DNA from: Lama guanicoe
Taxonomy: Eukaryota
DNA length: 64,000 nt
NCBI GenBank assembly: GCA_013239625.1
Contig: MU054187.1
Span: 5,529,757 to 5,593,756, forward strand
Direction of reading: 5' to 3'
Below are positions 1 to 13,435 of this stretch, one piece after another; position 1 is the first letter of the stretch; each line of letters starts with the position of its first letter. Both the position numbers and the translations under genes were made by a program. The notes beneath the pieces were generated by a model. That model worked only from the letters and a program-made list of their open reading frames with translations. It had not been told where the DNA came from and ran no database searches.

Positions 1-660
1 TAATGGGTAATATTATTATTAATATTGCAAAGGTATCAGTTCCCATTAACCTCCACAAAATCAATCCTCAAATTCAAGTCAATTCACACCAAGATTTTGG
101 GGGGGGGACTTGAAAATACTAACTTTAAAATTCATATGAAAATTGGGTATCTGGGTATCTAAGGTAATTTTTTTTAAAGAAACATAAAAGTAAATTGAAG
201 AGAAGCACCCGCCATAGTATAAAACCTACAATAAAGTCATGGCAATTAAGTCATGTGGTCTAAGAAGGTGAATGAGCCAACAGTCATAAAAAAGCATAGA
301 GAGCCCAGGTACAAACTTAGCTAGTCATGCAAACTTGGTAAATAAAATAATTGGCATTACAAATCACTGAGGTTCTTTCACAAGGGAAAGCTGCAAGGGA
401 AAATGGCTCACTACACAGAGAAAAGTAAAAGTGGATCTCCACCTCACAGCACACACAAAGTTCCAAGTCAGTCAAATACTAGGTGTTAATGCTAACATTC
501 TAAAGTTAACAGAAGTGGTGCAGAATTCCCTTGTCTCCTCAAAATAAAAAAAAAATTGCTTTTCAACAGGGTAAAAGTGAAAATTTGAGTCCATCCAAAT
601 TAAGGATTATTCTTTATAAATCATAAACAAAGTAAAGAGATGCGGGAAGTTATTTGCTCC
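1..660 (+). mobile_element. Old L1 (L1M-type) ORF2 3' portion, heavily decayed
   Basis: Recognisable L1 ORF2 tracts such as 'taaaattcatatgaaa', 'gagcccaggtacaaac' and 'aaagtggatctccacctcacagcacacacaaag'. A-rich sense strand. Confidence 0.7.
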
Positions 661-2604
661 ACTGAAAAATTTTAAAAATAATATAAAATAATTTATATTG
701 ATATAAATATATATACATTATTCAATAACTATTTATATTTAATATATTATACTAATATTATAAAATAATAAAGAAACTGCAATAAAACAATATTTAGAAG
801 TGGAATTATTTGCATTTCTAATTGTCAAACATCTATGATATATTTGCACATTCCAAAATATCTGAAGATTTTTCCTCATAAATAGGGGAAGTGCTTATTG
901 CTTATAAGTCACATAAATCATTTTGTATCTGGCGATCTATTGAAAAAGTGTTAGCTTTATAAAACAAAAGATAGTAATATTTCCAAAATCATGAGACCAA
1001 AAAAGAAGTCATAGAGAACTGAAAAATATAACTTGAGATGCCAAAATATGAAAACTTTTTGCCATTTTGAGATTCCATTGATGAACTGAAAAGAGTAAGA
1101 AATACTCTAGCTACTATTGACTAAGAATTGCTAACATTTACTGTTATTTTGACCCAATAACACTCCTATAAGTTATAAACTCCTGTAGTTGTATTTTCCA
1201 TTTTCTTTCCCTCTTAGAAGCTTGTGACCCTATCATCATTGAAAAATACTAAAAAGCAATTAAGTATAGAAATCAAAAGCTGCATGTTGCTGGAGAAGTA
1301 TGAGAGCTTGACCTCAGTCAGCTCTGTAGGAAAAGAATATGTCTTTTCATTAACTTCTTTTCCATACAAGACAATGATTACAGTTATTTCGTAGAAGGGA
1401 AAAAAAACCAAATCAAATATTTAAACATTTTGCAACTTTCAGCCTCATTGGCAAGGATGCTTTTATCTTTTGTCACGCTGTCCTTAGCTTAAAGCATCCT
1501 GTCTCTTTCAACAGAAATACTTGACAGCTGATATTTTCTTCTTTTACTTCTACTTCAACTGCTAATTGCATATTTACAATCCTTCAATCAAGAGGAAAAG
1601 AGAAACAAATTAGAAAGATTTTTTATCTGTCAACAGAACTATGTAGTATAATGAAACATCTACTCATTAAATATAGAGAACTTCATGGCATCAATAATAA
1701 GTATTATAAAGGGCACAGAGGTATTATTAATTCTGAAGGAATGCAGGACTGCTAGAACAATAAGTCATTCTGACAGTTGCTATGAGGACTATTACCAAAT
1801 GTTATGTTTACTTGACTAGCTCAATTTATAAAACAAGACCTACAAAAAAATCTACAGTTTAATCAATTGAGATGTGCTATTATAAACAACTGCTAATGGA
1901 CTGACGCTTTGCATCTCTTCTTAATGATTGACTTGTGACTGAATTTTTAAAAATTAGAGTAATTACTAGTGTGGGCAGTTTAATGTGCATTTTTAAAAGA
2001 ATCTTAAATCAATGAAGTAAGACTGTAGCACAGATTTAATGAGAACATAAATGATTCTTTTTTAAGTTAAATTAAGCTAAAGATGCAAGTCTCTTTAAAT
2101 ACAGCATGTGATTACCTTTTCAGGGAGAATTCACAAAGGTATTTGTTTATTATGCAAATTAAGGAACAGCAGTGGATTTAAATCTCCAACCATAATCATT
2201 GATTAAATTTCTCTGTACATCTCATAAAAATTCAATTCAGAATCAGGAAATAGCATTTTATCTGATGGGATTTTATTTAGTTAAAAGAAAAATAGTTGAA
2301 GAATTTGATCATCTAAATAATCTAAGAGATTAGATGATGGATTGGCCTATAGTTTAGATAGAGCTACTGGTTTATAAATTTTCTATTTGTTTTTGTCTAA
2401 CTCATATGTGAAGTAGTTTTCAAAGACGTCATTCACTTTTCTAAAATGTAAATTATTCATTTTTGCATTCATTCTATAAATATATTTTGAAGTCATTCTT
2501 TTGTATTGACTTTTGTAGGCAGTAAAGAACAAGGATTGAATTAAAAAATATATACTTGATTTATAGTCCTATGAACTGATGTATAAAAAATTTCATAACA
2601 TTTA

Positions 2605-2790
2605 TATGTATATGTTCATTCGTAGGTGTTTGTGGGCATGTGTAGGTCTGCATGTGTAAGCAGCTTTTGTGTATGTGAACGAGAGTGCCTGAATGGGTGT
2701 GTATATGTGTGAACTCATGTGAAGAAGTGTTTGAGAGTATATGTGGTGTACGTAGTGTTTGTACATAGAGGTAAGTGTGTGTGAATACAC
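2605..2790. repeat. Degenerate (TG/TA)n low-complexity tract
   Basis: Run of gtgt/gtat motifs. It accounts for the spurious His/Thr-rich ORFs 2561-2803 and 2602-2790. Confidence 0.7.
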
Positions 2791-2954
2791 AAGTCACACC
2801 CAAATTTAGAGTAAAGGCAACTTTAGCAAAGTCAGGAAGTAATTAAGAAAGGTTAAACACATCTTTTGATGATTTTACACATATGCTCCTACCAGGCATT
2901 TGTTTTTTCCTACTTTAAGATGCTATCAATGGCCAATTGAAAAAAAAAAAAAAG

Positions 2955-3105
2955 CACAAGGAAACTTTTGGAGTTGATAGATATTATCTTGATTGTGGTG
3001 ATGGTTTCACATGTATATACAGATATCCAAACCCATCAAACTATACACGTTAAATTTGTGCATTTTTTGTGTATCAGTTATACCTCAATAAAGCTATCAA
3101 AAGAA
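2955..3105 (+). mobile_element. L1M 3' terminus fragment
   Basis: 'ggaaacttttggagttgatagatattatcttgattgtggtgatggtttcac...ttatacctcaataaagct' matches the ancient L1 3' end. Confidence 0.85.
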
Positions 3106-3659
3106 TAAACAATTAGAAAAGGTGGGAGGGGAATGAGTAGGATCCTGTAAAGACAGTAAAAGCAGTGGAAGCAAAGGTTTTTGATCTTTGTGAATGTTTC
3201 ACACATACACACACACCACAAATATACACACATACATATAAACCAAAAAAACGAAGAAGAGAACTCCAAAACGACAAAAGCATTCACTGAAACATGCAGC
3301 AGGCCCGTATCAGGACATTAGAGAACAGCTGATTTTGGAAGGAGCTTTGCCTATTGGTAAGTGTAAGAAGTCTGTAATGGGATCTGAAGGGGTTAGAACA
3401 GCCAAGCCTACATGAACTCTGGAAACACACCAGTAATGCTCCCTTAAAGGCCAAAGACACACACAGAGGAGAAACAGCTGGGAGTGGAGTCAAAATTGAA
3501 CAGAATGGAGGAAAACAGAGATGAAATGAAAAGTCCAAATGAAAGTAGAGAAAAGAAACAGAGCCAGGAAATCTCAGAAAGCAAGCAGCTACATTTTTTC
3601 TAGCATTGCACTGAAAGATAAACAAGGGCACTTTGCAAAGTTAAAAATGCTAACTGGAG

Positions 3660-4350
3660 AAAAGATAAATCTTCCATACAGAGGAATTTCAAATATTTTG
3701 TGTACATACTCTACCCTCAAGGATGTGGAGCATAATTCCCAACTCCTTAACTGTAGGCTGAGTGTAGTGACGTCCTTCTAAAATGTGTAGCACAGAAAGG
3801 ATGGAAAAGAGAATCTTTACAGCAGAGAAACTGGATAAAAACTATCTCCGCCTGGTGATTAACGTCAGCATTATCACTGGTAAGTCATAAAGATACACTA
3901 CTTTTGGTATGATGAGATGGCAGTTTATGATCTGCCTCCAAAATTCATCACCCAGTCTAAAAATGAAACACAAAACAAACCCCAATTGGTAGACATTCTA
4001 CAAAAATATCAGACTTGTACTGGTCAAAACTGTCAAGGTCATCAAGAACAAGGAGAGTCTGAGAAACTGCCATAGCCAAGAAATGCTTGACATGACATAG
4101 CTATTAAACGGAATGAGGTATCCTGGGTGGGATCCGAGGTCAGTAAAATAGCATTAAGTAAAAAAAATAAACAGATATAAATAAAGTATGGACTTTAGTT
4201 GCTAATATATCAATGTTGATTCACTAACTATGATAAATACAATAACATAAATGTCAATAATAGGTGAACCTAGAGGAGAGCATTTGGGAATTCTCTGTAT
4301 TATATTCATAAATTTTCCTGCAAAGCAAAAAGGATTCTAAAACAAAATAG
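3660..4350 (+). mobile_element. L1MC/MD-type 3' UTR
   Basis: 'gtcaaggtcatcaagaacaaggagagtctgagaaactg', 'ataaagtatggactttagtt' and 'gggaattctctgtatt' are typical L1MC 3' UTR blocks. Confidence 0.8.
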
Positions 4351-4404
4351 TAATCTTTTTAAAAGTTACCAGAATCAAATCTCCTTTAAAAAGCTTACAG
4401 AAAC

Positions 4405-5010
4405 TAAATCCAAATATTGGCAAGCCATAAAACATATCCTAACAAATTTGAAAGAATAGAAATCATATGATGTGTGTTCTCAGACCACAACGGAATTGAA
4501 GTAGAAATCAATAGCAGACACATAGCTGGAGTTCCCCAAATACTTGAAGGTTATACGATATACTTCCAAATAACAAAATGAGTCAAAGAAGAAATCTCAA
4601 GGAAAAAAGTTTTTTAAATGCTGAACTAAGTAAAACTAAAAACACAACTTATCCAAATTTGTGGAATGCAGGGAAAGCAGTGCTCAGAAAGAAATTTATA
4701 GCATTGCATGTGTATATTAAATAAAAAGAAAGATCTAAAATCAATCAAAATTTCCACCTAGAAACTAGAAAATAAAAAGAGAACATAAAGTCCAAAGTAA
4801 GAAGAAGAAAATAAATAATTAGAATTAAGCAAAAATTAATAAAATTGAAAATAGAAAATCAACAGAGAATATCAATGAAATCAAAAGCTGGTTCCTTGAA
4901 AAGATCAATAAATCAATAAGCCCCTAGCCAGACTAATTAACAAAAAAGAGAAAGGACACAAATTACTCATAAAAGATATTAAAAAGAGGACATCACTATA
5001 GATCTCAGAA
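4405..5010 (+). mobile_element. L1 ORF2 fragment (end of endonuclease domain and linker), decayed
   Basis: 'ttctcagaccacaacggaattgaagtagaaatc' encodes FSDHNGIEVEI (L1 EN SDH motif). 'aaaagctggttccttgaaaagatcaataaa' is also present. Confidence 0.9.
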
Positions 5011-6445
5011 CACTAGAAAACAGTCCAAGATTTATAGCAACCAAGTTAATGCCAAATTTTTTAAAAGGGCAACATGTAAAAGTGTAGGAAACTTTGTTGG
5101 CATTGTTGCTTGTCCATGCTCCACTCCCTCCCTAGTTCAGTGATAGTCTTGAGGACAAGAAACGGCATTACCAGTGTGGAACCCTGGTCCCTGGTTTTAG
5201 AGAGAGCAGAACAGATTTTATTTGCAAATAATTGTGTTTTTATGTTCTAACCTACTTGGGGACTATCCAAAAAATGGATACAAGGACTTGTCTTTGTTTT
5301 GCTTAATAGGGAATTCACCCAGGGCAGGAAAGCAACAGGCATTCCTTTAAAACATAGCTGGCTGGGGCAAAAGATTATGATTGAGGAATACAATAGGTTG
5401 AAAGTCTGGGAGGAAAAACTGGGGAGAAACTTTCTTTGGGAAATAAAGGCATTTAAAATTACCTGTGTTTACTGCAGAATTCAGAAAACCAGACACATGC
5501 CTGGGGCAGGGAGAATGCTCAGAAAAGCCCTGAGCACACTCCAAGCTTTTAACTCCAGCTGATCGGTAGGCTCCGTGCAAGCAGGAAGTGAAGGCTAAGG
5601 CAGAGTTGGAAACAGGTAGGCCAAGTGTTGAAGGAGTACCCCCCAACACAGAGCCAATCTGAAAAGATTAGGAGCGATATTTTTTCTCCTCTTTCTCCAC
5701 ACACATGACAAAGATTATAGAATTTTAAAATATATTTTAGAAAAAACCATCAAGCAAAGACAGCTACAGTTATGGAAGAAAAAAAAAAAACTCTAAACAA
5801 TCTGATTCCCAAGTTTACCAAATTGTAATATTCAAAATGCCCACTGTCAACTGAAAAATATGGAGTATGCAAAAAATAAGAGAGTTGGTCCTTTCATGAA
5901 AGAAATAAATAGACACTGTCCCTGAGGAAGCATGTACATTTGACTTCCTAGATAAGAATCTTAAATTAACCTTTTAAAATATGATGAAATAGCTAAATGA
6001 AGCCAAGGGCAAGTAACCACGGAACTAGAATAACACAAATAGAGAATATCAATGAAGAAATATAAATTATTTTCTCAAAAAAAAAAAAACCGAAATTCTG
6101 TAGCTGAAAGTACAATCACTGAAATGAAAAACTCATGGTAGAGTTTCAATAGCACACTGGAGCAGACAGAAGAAAAAGTCAACAATCTTAAAGACAAGTC
6201 AATTGAAATTATCCAGCTTGAGAAGAGCTAAGAAACAAGAACTTAAAAAATTAATAGAAACTAAAGGACCTGTGGGACACCATCAATTATGTCAACATAC
6301 GTATCATAGGAATCCCAGAAGGAAAGGAAAGACAGAATGAGGCAGAAAGAGTATTAGAAGAAATGGTGGCCAGCACCTTCTCAAATTTGATAAAAGATAG
6401 GAATCTACACATTCTAGAGGCTCATTAATGCAGAAGATAAACAGA
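5010..6445 (+). mobile_element. Old L1 5' UTR and ORF1 fragment
   Basis: ORF1-like tracts: 'ctgaaagtacaatcactgaaatgaaaaactca', 'ggacctgtgggacaccatcaa', 'ataggaatcccagaagga', 'aatctacacattctagaggctca'. Confidence 0.75.
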
Positions 6446-9146
6446 AATGGAACTTGTTTGTTATGGACTGAGTTGGTCAAATGGGCTATTGTAAGTTGAT
6501 GTGTCCGAAAGACCTCTCTTTGATATTCGCATAGTCTCAAGCATGCTTCCGCCCCAGATTTATAAGGATGGAAATCATCTATCTAAGGATTAAGAGGGTT
6601 GAGACTTTTGAGATAAAGTCTCATATTCCATCCAGGGAGGTCGTATCCGTTTTTGAGGCAATTTTAGATGTTCAAAATCTGTTTAGTTTAGGGGCTCGAG
6701 TATGACTGAAGTGCCACTGATTTCCTCAAGTTCAGAGATCTTCTCTATGGATTTTATGTTCTAGGTCTCCATTTTACCTTCAGAACAGGGAAGAAGGTCC
6801 CAGACAGTGGGCTTTCTCAAATTACTGTGCCATACATCTCCATGAACAGCTGTGTATGGAGAGTAAATTTAATTAAAGTATTTAGATTAAAATTGGTCAT
6901 CGTCCTACTTCAGTGACTACAGCACCATCTGTGGAACTGTTCCCCTTCTGATTCGCTCATCACGGAGACGATATATAAAGTGGTCGGGGGGTATAACAGT
7001 GTAATTAGTGTGATGAGAGATTCTGGAAACCATCTAATATGTGGGCTATTTCAAGAATATATTTAGTTCGGGAAATTGAAGGGATTCTTGGTAACTGTAC
7101 TCAAAAATGTCCACAGTTAAGTTAAATCAAGAACATACTTATGCTTTGCTTTATTTGCTTTTACAATAAGTAGAAATTTACAGAGTTCAAATTTACAGAG
7201 AGGTGAGTATCAATTCAGTTCTAACAATTAGAAGTGCGATATGGAGAGAAGGAAGAAAAGAAATTTTCTTTTCAAATTTCAAATTTCTTTATGAAGAAAT
7301 AAGGAGCTACTCATTAATTCATTAATTCATTCATCGTCAAACACCCATCCATTCAGTGTTATATACCAAGCTCTTTAGTAGATGTGATAGATTCAATACT
7401 GAGGAGATCAGTGCCAACTATCTTCATCTTTAACAAGTCCTGAAGTTACTCAGGCGTTGTAAACCAGAATTATAGGAAGCCCACTGAAACTTTTATCAAA
7501 ATTGTGTGTCTCTGTGTGTGTGTGTAACTATGCATATATTTTGGAGAGAGGAAAGGAAATCAGTATTTCTTATGATAGTCTTACAAAGCATCAACCGTTT
7601 AGGTGGGTTTTCTAAGTCTCCTGATTTTGACTCTCTTAATTTAATATTAGTTTAATATTATGAAATATCATAGATAATATTCCACTATTCCCCCCTTACC
7701 ACTTTCTAAAAGTAGTCTTAGATATTGGCTAATATTCAAATTTTACTTTAATCTTAAAGCATAGAACTCACTGGTTTGAATTGTGAAAATGCCATTGTTT
7801 GACATGGTAAATTAACCAGTCACAGCTTGAAAAGAACTGGGAGAGACGTTTTCTTGTGCTTCCATGTACACAGAATATTAAAATTAGACAAACCTTCAAG
7901 GTAATGCTAAGCAGGGGGGTTATTACCTATCTCTATATTTGAATTTAAAAACACATATGTTTAAATGCATATGGTCATATATGTGCACATGTATAAATAT
8001 CTAAGAATGCATTTTGTGATATAAAAAAAATTTTTCAACCTAAAAATATAAAGGAAAGAAAAATTTGCAATTCAAAGAAGACCACACTATGTCTAGAAAA
8101 TCAAAATTTGTAGGGTTATCTCCCTGGAAAGCAAGGGTAAAAAAGGAAAGATAATTGCATTGCAATTCAAGTTCCAAAGCACAAAACTCTATCTAGAAAA
8201 TCACAGTCATCAGGTGCATGAATAAAAATTTGCTATTGCTTGGAGACTGTGATTAAAAAAATAAAGTAATATCGGGGAGAATATTGAAGCTGACAGTCCA
8301 AATACAGGAAAAAGTTAACTGATTCTTCCAACCTCTTAGGAGATAGCATCAAGATTGAAAATGTGTTCCTTCAGTTACTTTTCCTAGAGAAATAGGAAAA
8401 GGAAAGATTCTGAGGGAATATAACTTTAAGGGAGCCATGGAAATCAGCACTGGCCTATGTCTCTTGGGTCTAAAACCAATCAAGGCTGGCTTAATAAGAA
8501 ACAGGCTTTTGAAAAATGTAATATTCTACCTTTTTTTTTTTTTTTTTGGCCATGAGACATCTGTGTTTTTGCTATGAACAAGTGCTTTTGTTATTTTAAT
8601 CTAATAAGAGAAGTAGTAGGAACGTGAGGTGCCTAGGAAGGGAAGGGCGTGATCCTGGCTTACATGTTCTCATCAGACGGTCATCATCCAATTTGCTAAG
8701 ATTTAAGCAACTGGAGAGAGCAGGGGCCATAACCCTAGCATAGCAATTTCGTGAACTTACAAAGTGTATTTATAGGAAAACAAAGGATTTAAAGCTGTCT
8801 TCTAATGTTTCTTTCCTGGGCTCACACTGACTCCATACCAAGCCACGGCATGGCCAAGATGGGATCCCAGCTTTCAACGGTACCCATGTCATGGAGCTCA
8901 TGGCTCAACAAAGGAATCATAAAGAATCATGTTCATGTGGGCCGAGATAAGCAGCACAGTATCCAGGTGGTGGTTAAATCGGTACATACCAGGCAAATTC
9001 ACAGTATGAAGCTGGACAAGGCGCCTGACTTCTAAGCATTCTGAATCTCCACTCCTTCTTCTGTACCTTGATGGTGTATAGATTTCAATCCTGTGTTTCA
9101 CCAAGTGTTTTTCCAGGTGATCTTTACATTGTTTAGAAATCAACCA

Positions 9147-9471
9147 TTGGGAGCTTGAGATTTTCAGATACTAACATACATGTAAATAGATAAACAACAA
9201 GTTTATACTGCATAGCAAAGGGAACTATATTCAACTTGTAGTAACCTCTGGTGAAAAAAATATGAAAACACATATATGTATGTTCATGTATGACTGAAGC
9301 ATTATGCTGTAAACCAGGAACTGACACATTGGAACTGACACATATTGAGTCAGTATATAAAATAATATATTTTATTTTATTATTATTATTATTTATTTAT
9401 TTATTATTTATTATATAAAATATATTTTATTAATATATTATAATAATATATATATATAAAATGAAAAAAAG
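9147..9471 (+). mobile_element. 5'-truncated cetartiodactyl L1 3' end with expanded AT-rich tail
   Basis: 'atagataaacaacaagtttatactgcatagcaaagggaactatattcaa'. Flanked by the direct repeat aatcaacca (9138-9146 and 9472-9480), a likely TSD. Confidence 0.85.
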
Positions 9472-9504
9472 AATCAACCAGGTTTAGGGGAGATTGGAGT
9501 AAAA

Positions 9505-9647
9505 TACATATAAATATGCAAATTTCTGTGTCCCATTCCAGACTTATCAGAATCTTTTGGGTGAGGACTGGGGTGAAGCCTAAGACAATGTATTTTAACA
9601 AACCCCTCAGGTGATTCTTACATACTCCAAAGTACGAGAACCACTAG
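9505..9647. mobile_element. MER5-like hAT-Charlie MITE
   Basis: 'tgtattttaacaaacccctcaggtgattctta...aagtacgagaaccactag' matches the MER5A end. Confidence 0.8.
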
Positions 9648-11074
9648 TATAGCTGTAATACCTCCCACCTCTTTCATGTACACTTTTTAAAGAATTACAG
9701 GTCCCATTTTCAATTCTTGTGGGGTGGCCAGTTCTTACTCAAGTGAAGGCAGGGGCCATTCAAATAGCGGTGGTGGTTTGAATGAATTTCTCTTGTCTCC
9801 TGAGTTCTATTTTTCACAGTTCCACAGGCTTAGTTCTTCTTATTGTATTATGTCCTCTTTACTAATTTACATTATTATACAACTCCCCTCAGAGACAGGA
9901 TATATTTGATTTGGGGCTTTTGATCGTTTTAGCAATGGTTGAGTGTCCAACAGGGACCAGTTTGGGCCTGAAGATGTGAAGAATTGTTTTATGAAGAAGT
10001 CTTACTGATGCAGGAGAAATTTAATCTTGGCAGGACATTTATCAGCCTGTTCACTCTTCAGTCAGTTGGAATTCTAGTCGAATGCAAGGACAAAATTTGC
10101 ATAGTCTTTTTGTACCTTCTTTTCATGGAGAGATGTTCCATCAAAACAGTGGTTTATTTTTCTATTCCTTAATCACTGCTGCATCAACAAACATTTGCTA
10201 CTGTTTTGTAGGTAAACCTGGTTTTATATTATAGATAACAGAAGTCACTATTAAAGTTGTTCCATGTGGCCAACACTCTTAGATATCTTTATATTGCCCA
10301 GTATCTACATTAGGTTCCCAATAGATATTCGTCCCTCTCTTCCCATCCCTAAAAATCACAAGCTAGTTAGATTTTTCCATTTCTCAATTAGACTATTGCA
10401 ATCGTTCCATAACTAAATTCTGCCAGTCTCATTTCTTTACGTTTTAGAACAGATACGTCTTGCTAAAGTACTTCTTTATTCAACTACCTTCAGTGATATT
10501 GTCAGTCAAATTCTGTCTAACGTCCTTGTCTGGAGTACAAAGCTCCCCACAGTCAGGTTGGAACATGCTTCCCTAGTTATTTTTAAGAAGTTGACCTCTG
10601 GGAAGCAAGGAGTGTGTTCCGTGTTAACCGAGGAAATGTGCTGTAGGGGAGATTTAATGTCAGTTTTGTCCTATTGAGCGGCTGACGCCTGGGGAGAGTT
10701 AGTGTGACTTAGAGGAAGGGGCCCCCATCTAGATAGTGTTGTTTCCTGTCATCTCACTACCCAGCTTTGTGCCTGTTGCAAAGTCCGTTCACGACATGGC
10801 ACCTGCATTTCCTTGCCTTTTAAATGTAGGTGAATATGCCAGATCCCAATCTTCTCAAATGGATTACCAAGATAGAAAAATACTACTGTCATTTTTAAAG
10901 CATGCTGTAGCAACAATCTATTGAATTCAGCCCTTTTTAGAGTCCCCAAATAGGACATCTTAAAATTAACCAATCCAAAAACCATTTACTGAAATATTTC
11001 TCAATGACTTGAGAGTCTAAAAGAGGCTCAAAAACTTCCTGTTTTTCCTTGCTTGTGTGTATGATTCTTGGTAT

Positions 11075-13195
11075 CAATTTTTTAACTTATTATTTTGTGA
11101 TAATTGTAGATTTTGTGATAATTGTAGGTTTACATACAGTTGTAAGAAATAATACAGAGACATCATATACCCTTCAGTCAGCCTCTCCCGGTGGCAAGGT
11201 ATCCCATATCACAGTGTAGCATCAGCATGCAGAAACTGACCATGACCTTATTTAGATTTCACCAGTTTTACATGCATTTCTGTATGTCTGTGTGTGTGTG
11301 TATGTGTGTGTATGTGTTTAGCTGCATTCAATTTTACTATATATCTAGATTTGTGTGGTCAACCACAAGTATCTGTCTATCATCCCTTTTATAACCATTC
11401 CCATTACCCTTTCTCACAATCCTAACCCCTGGCAACCACTGATCCATTCTCCATTTTCATATTTTTTTTTATTTTAGAAATATTATACACATGGAAACAT
11501 ATTACATGCAACCTTAGGGAACTGACTTTTTCAACCAGTGTAACTTCCTGGAGATTCATTCCAAATTCACCATGTATCAATACTTCATTCTTTTTTTATT
11601 GCTGAGTAGTATTCCATGGCAGATACACACCATGGTTTATATAACCATTCACCCACTGTAGACATGTGAGCTGTTTCCAGTTGTTGGCTTTTATGAATAA
11701 AGATACTGGGGACTTTCATGGAAAGGTTTTTGTGTAAAAATAATTTTCCATTTCTTTGGTCTAAATATGCAAGAGTGGAATTAATGAGTTGTATGTTATT
11801 TACACGTTTAGCTTTTTTATGAAGTTACCAAACTGTTCATTCACAGTGGCTGTACTACTTTACATTCCTACCAACAATGCATGAGTGATGTAGCCCCTCA
11901 GCCTTCCTGTTGGCATTTATGTTGTCACTATTTTCTACATTATCCATTCTGCTGGGTGCGTAGTGACATCTGACTGTGGTCTTAACTTGCATTTCCCTCA
12001 TGGCTAATGTAGTTGAACATCTTTTCATGCAGTTGCTGTCATCTGTATATCCTATTTGGTAAAATGTCCGTTCATGTCTTCTGCCGTTCTGTAATTGGTT
12101 TATTTTGGGGGCAGGGGTTATTGCTAAAATTTGAGAGTTCTTTATGTATCCCACATACTGGGTCTTTGTGTAATATGTGACTTGCAAATAGCTTCTTCCA
12201 GTCTGTAGCTTGTCTTTTCATCGTTTTAATAAGGGTTTTCACAGAACAAAATTTTCCATTTAATGAGGTCCGATGTATCCATTTTTTTCCTTGTATAAGT
12301 CACACTTCTGGTGCCATTTCTAAGAACTCTTTGTCTAGCCCTAAATATCAGAGATTTTCTCCTATTGTTTTTTCTACAAGATTTATAATTTCATATCTAA
12401 ATCTCACTTCTGCTTACATATCTAAGTGACCCTTTGTTTAAGTCTAGTTGTCATCTGTTACCATACATCCAAGTGGTCCATTCTGAGTTAATTTTTGTAT
12501 AAAATATGATGTTTAGGTTGAGGTTAAATTTTTTTAAGCTGTAAATGTTCAATGGCTCTAGCACCATTTGTTCAAAAGGTTGCCATTCCTCTGTCCTGTG
12601 CCTTTGTTAACAATCAGTTGTGTAAGGATCTATTTCCGGGTTATTTATCCTGTTGGATTTATGTCAGTTACTCCACCAGTTTTGCACCCTCGTAATTACT
12701 GCAGCTGTATAGTTAGCCCTAACATCAAGTATAGAAATTCCTTCCAGTTTTCTTTTTCAAAATTGTTTTAACTATTCCAGTTCTTTTGCATTTGTACATA
12801 AGTTGTAGAACAATGTTTTTCATAGCTCCAAAATCCTTGCTCAAATTTTGATAGGAACTGTATTAAACTTGTATATCAAGTTAGGAACCTTTGACATCTT
12901 TCCTATACTGACTCTTCCAGTCTATGAACATGATACGTATGTCCAGTCTTGTTTGAGTTCTTTTGTTAGTGTTTTGTAGTATCCAGAACACAAGTTCTGT
13001 AAGTGATTTGTTAGATTGACATCTAAGTGCTTCATCTTCTGTGCAATTATAAACAGTATTTTTAAAATTTTAGTGATCGTATGTTCATTGACTCATAGAA
13101 ATACAATTGACTTTTGTATGTTGGTATTTTATCCTATGACCTTGCTGAATAATCACATCATCTGTAAATAGAAACAGTCTTAATTCTTTTCGGTT
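11075..13195 (-). mobile_element. L1 (L1MB/MC-type) 3' UTR and ORF2 C-terminal portion
   Basis: T-rich antisense L1 tracts such as 'ttgctgagtagtattccatgg' and 'ttaacttgcatttccctcatggctaatgtagttgaacatcttttcatg'. Minus ORF 11855-12187 resembles L1 ORF2 (MKRCSTTLAMREMQVKTTVR). Confidence 0.9.
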
Positions 13196-13214
13196 TCTAT
13201 GACTTTGTGAATCG

Positions 13215-13435
13215 TCACATGGCCTTCTCCTCTGTCTTCATGCCTCATTTTCTTCTCTTTTATAAGAACACTAGCCATTTAAGACCCACCCTAAATCCAG
13301 AATGGTCTCATATCAAGTTTCTTAACTTAATTACATCTACATCTACAAATATCTTATTTCCAAATAAGGTCACAATCACAGGTACTGAATGTGAGAACAT
13401 GAACTTATCTTTTCAGGGGGCACTGCAATCTAGAT
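13215..13435 (-). mobile_element. MLT1 (ERVL-MaLR) LTR fragment
   Basis: 'ttataagaacactagccatttaagacccaccctaaatccag...ttatttccaaataaggtcacaatcacaggtact' is an antisense MLT1 block. Confidence 0.85.

Noticed and set aside
1214..1411. Acceptor-like tract followed by an open frame (KLVTLSSLKNTKKQL...)
   Set aside because: No convincing donor, no recognisable protein, and no partner exons.
6580..6665. Parvovirus capsid-like words on the minus strand (LPQ/NGY, S*SLDR)
   Set aside because: The spacing (~21 codons) is far shorter than in AAV VP (~55) and no other motifs match. It shows how easily chance matches arise in this segment.
8805..9143. Overlapping ORFs including 'SMKLDKAPD', reminiscent of a LINE KAPG motif
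   Set aside because: No downstream RT motifs. The sequence looks like mixed ancient repeat debris.
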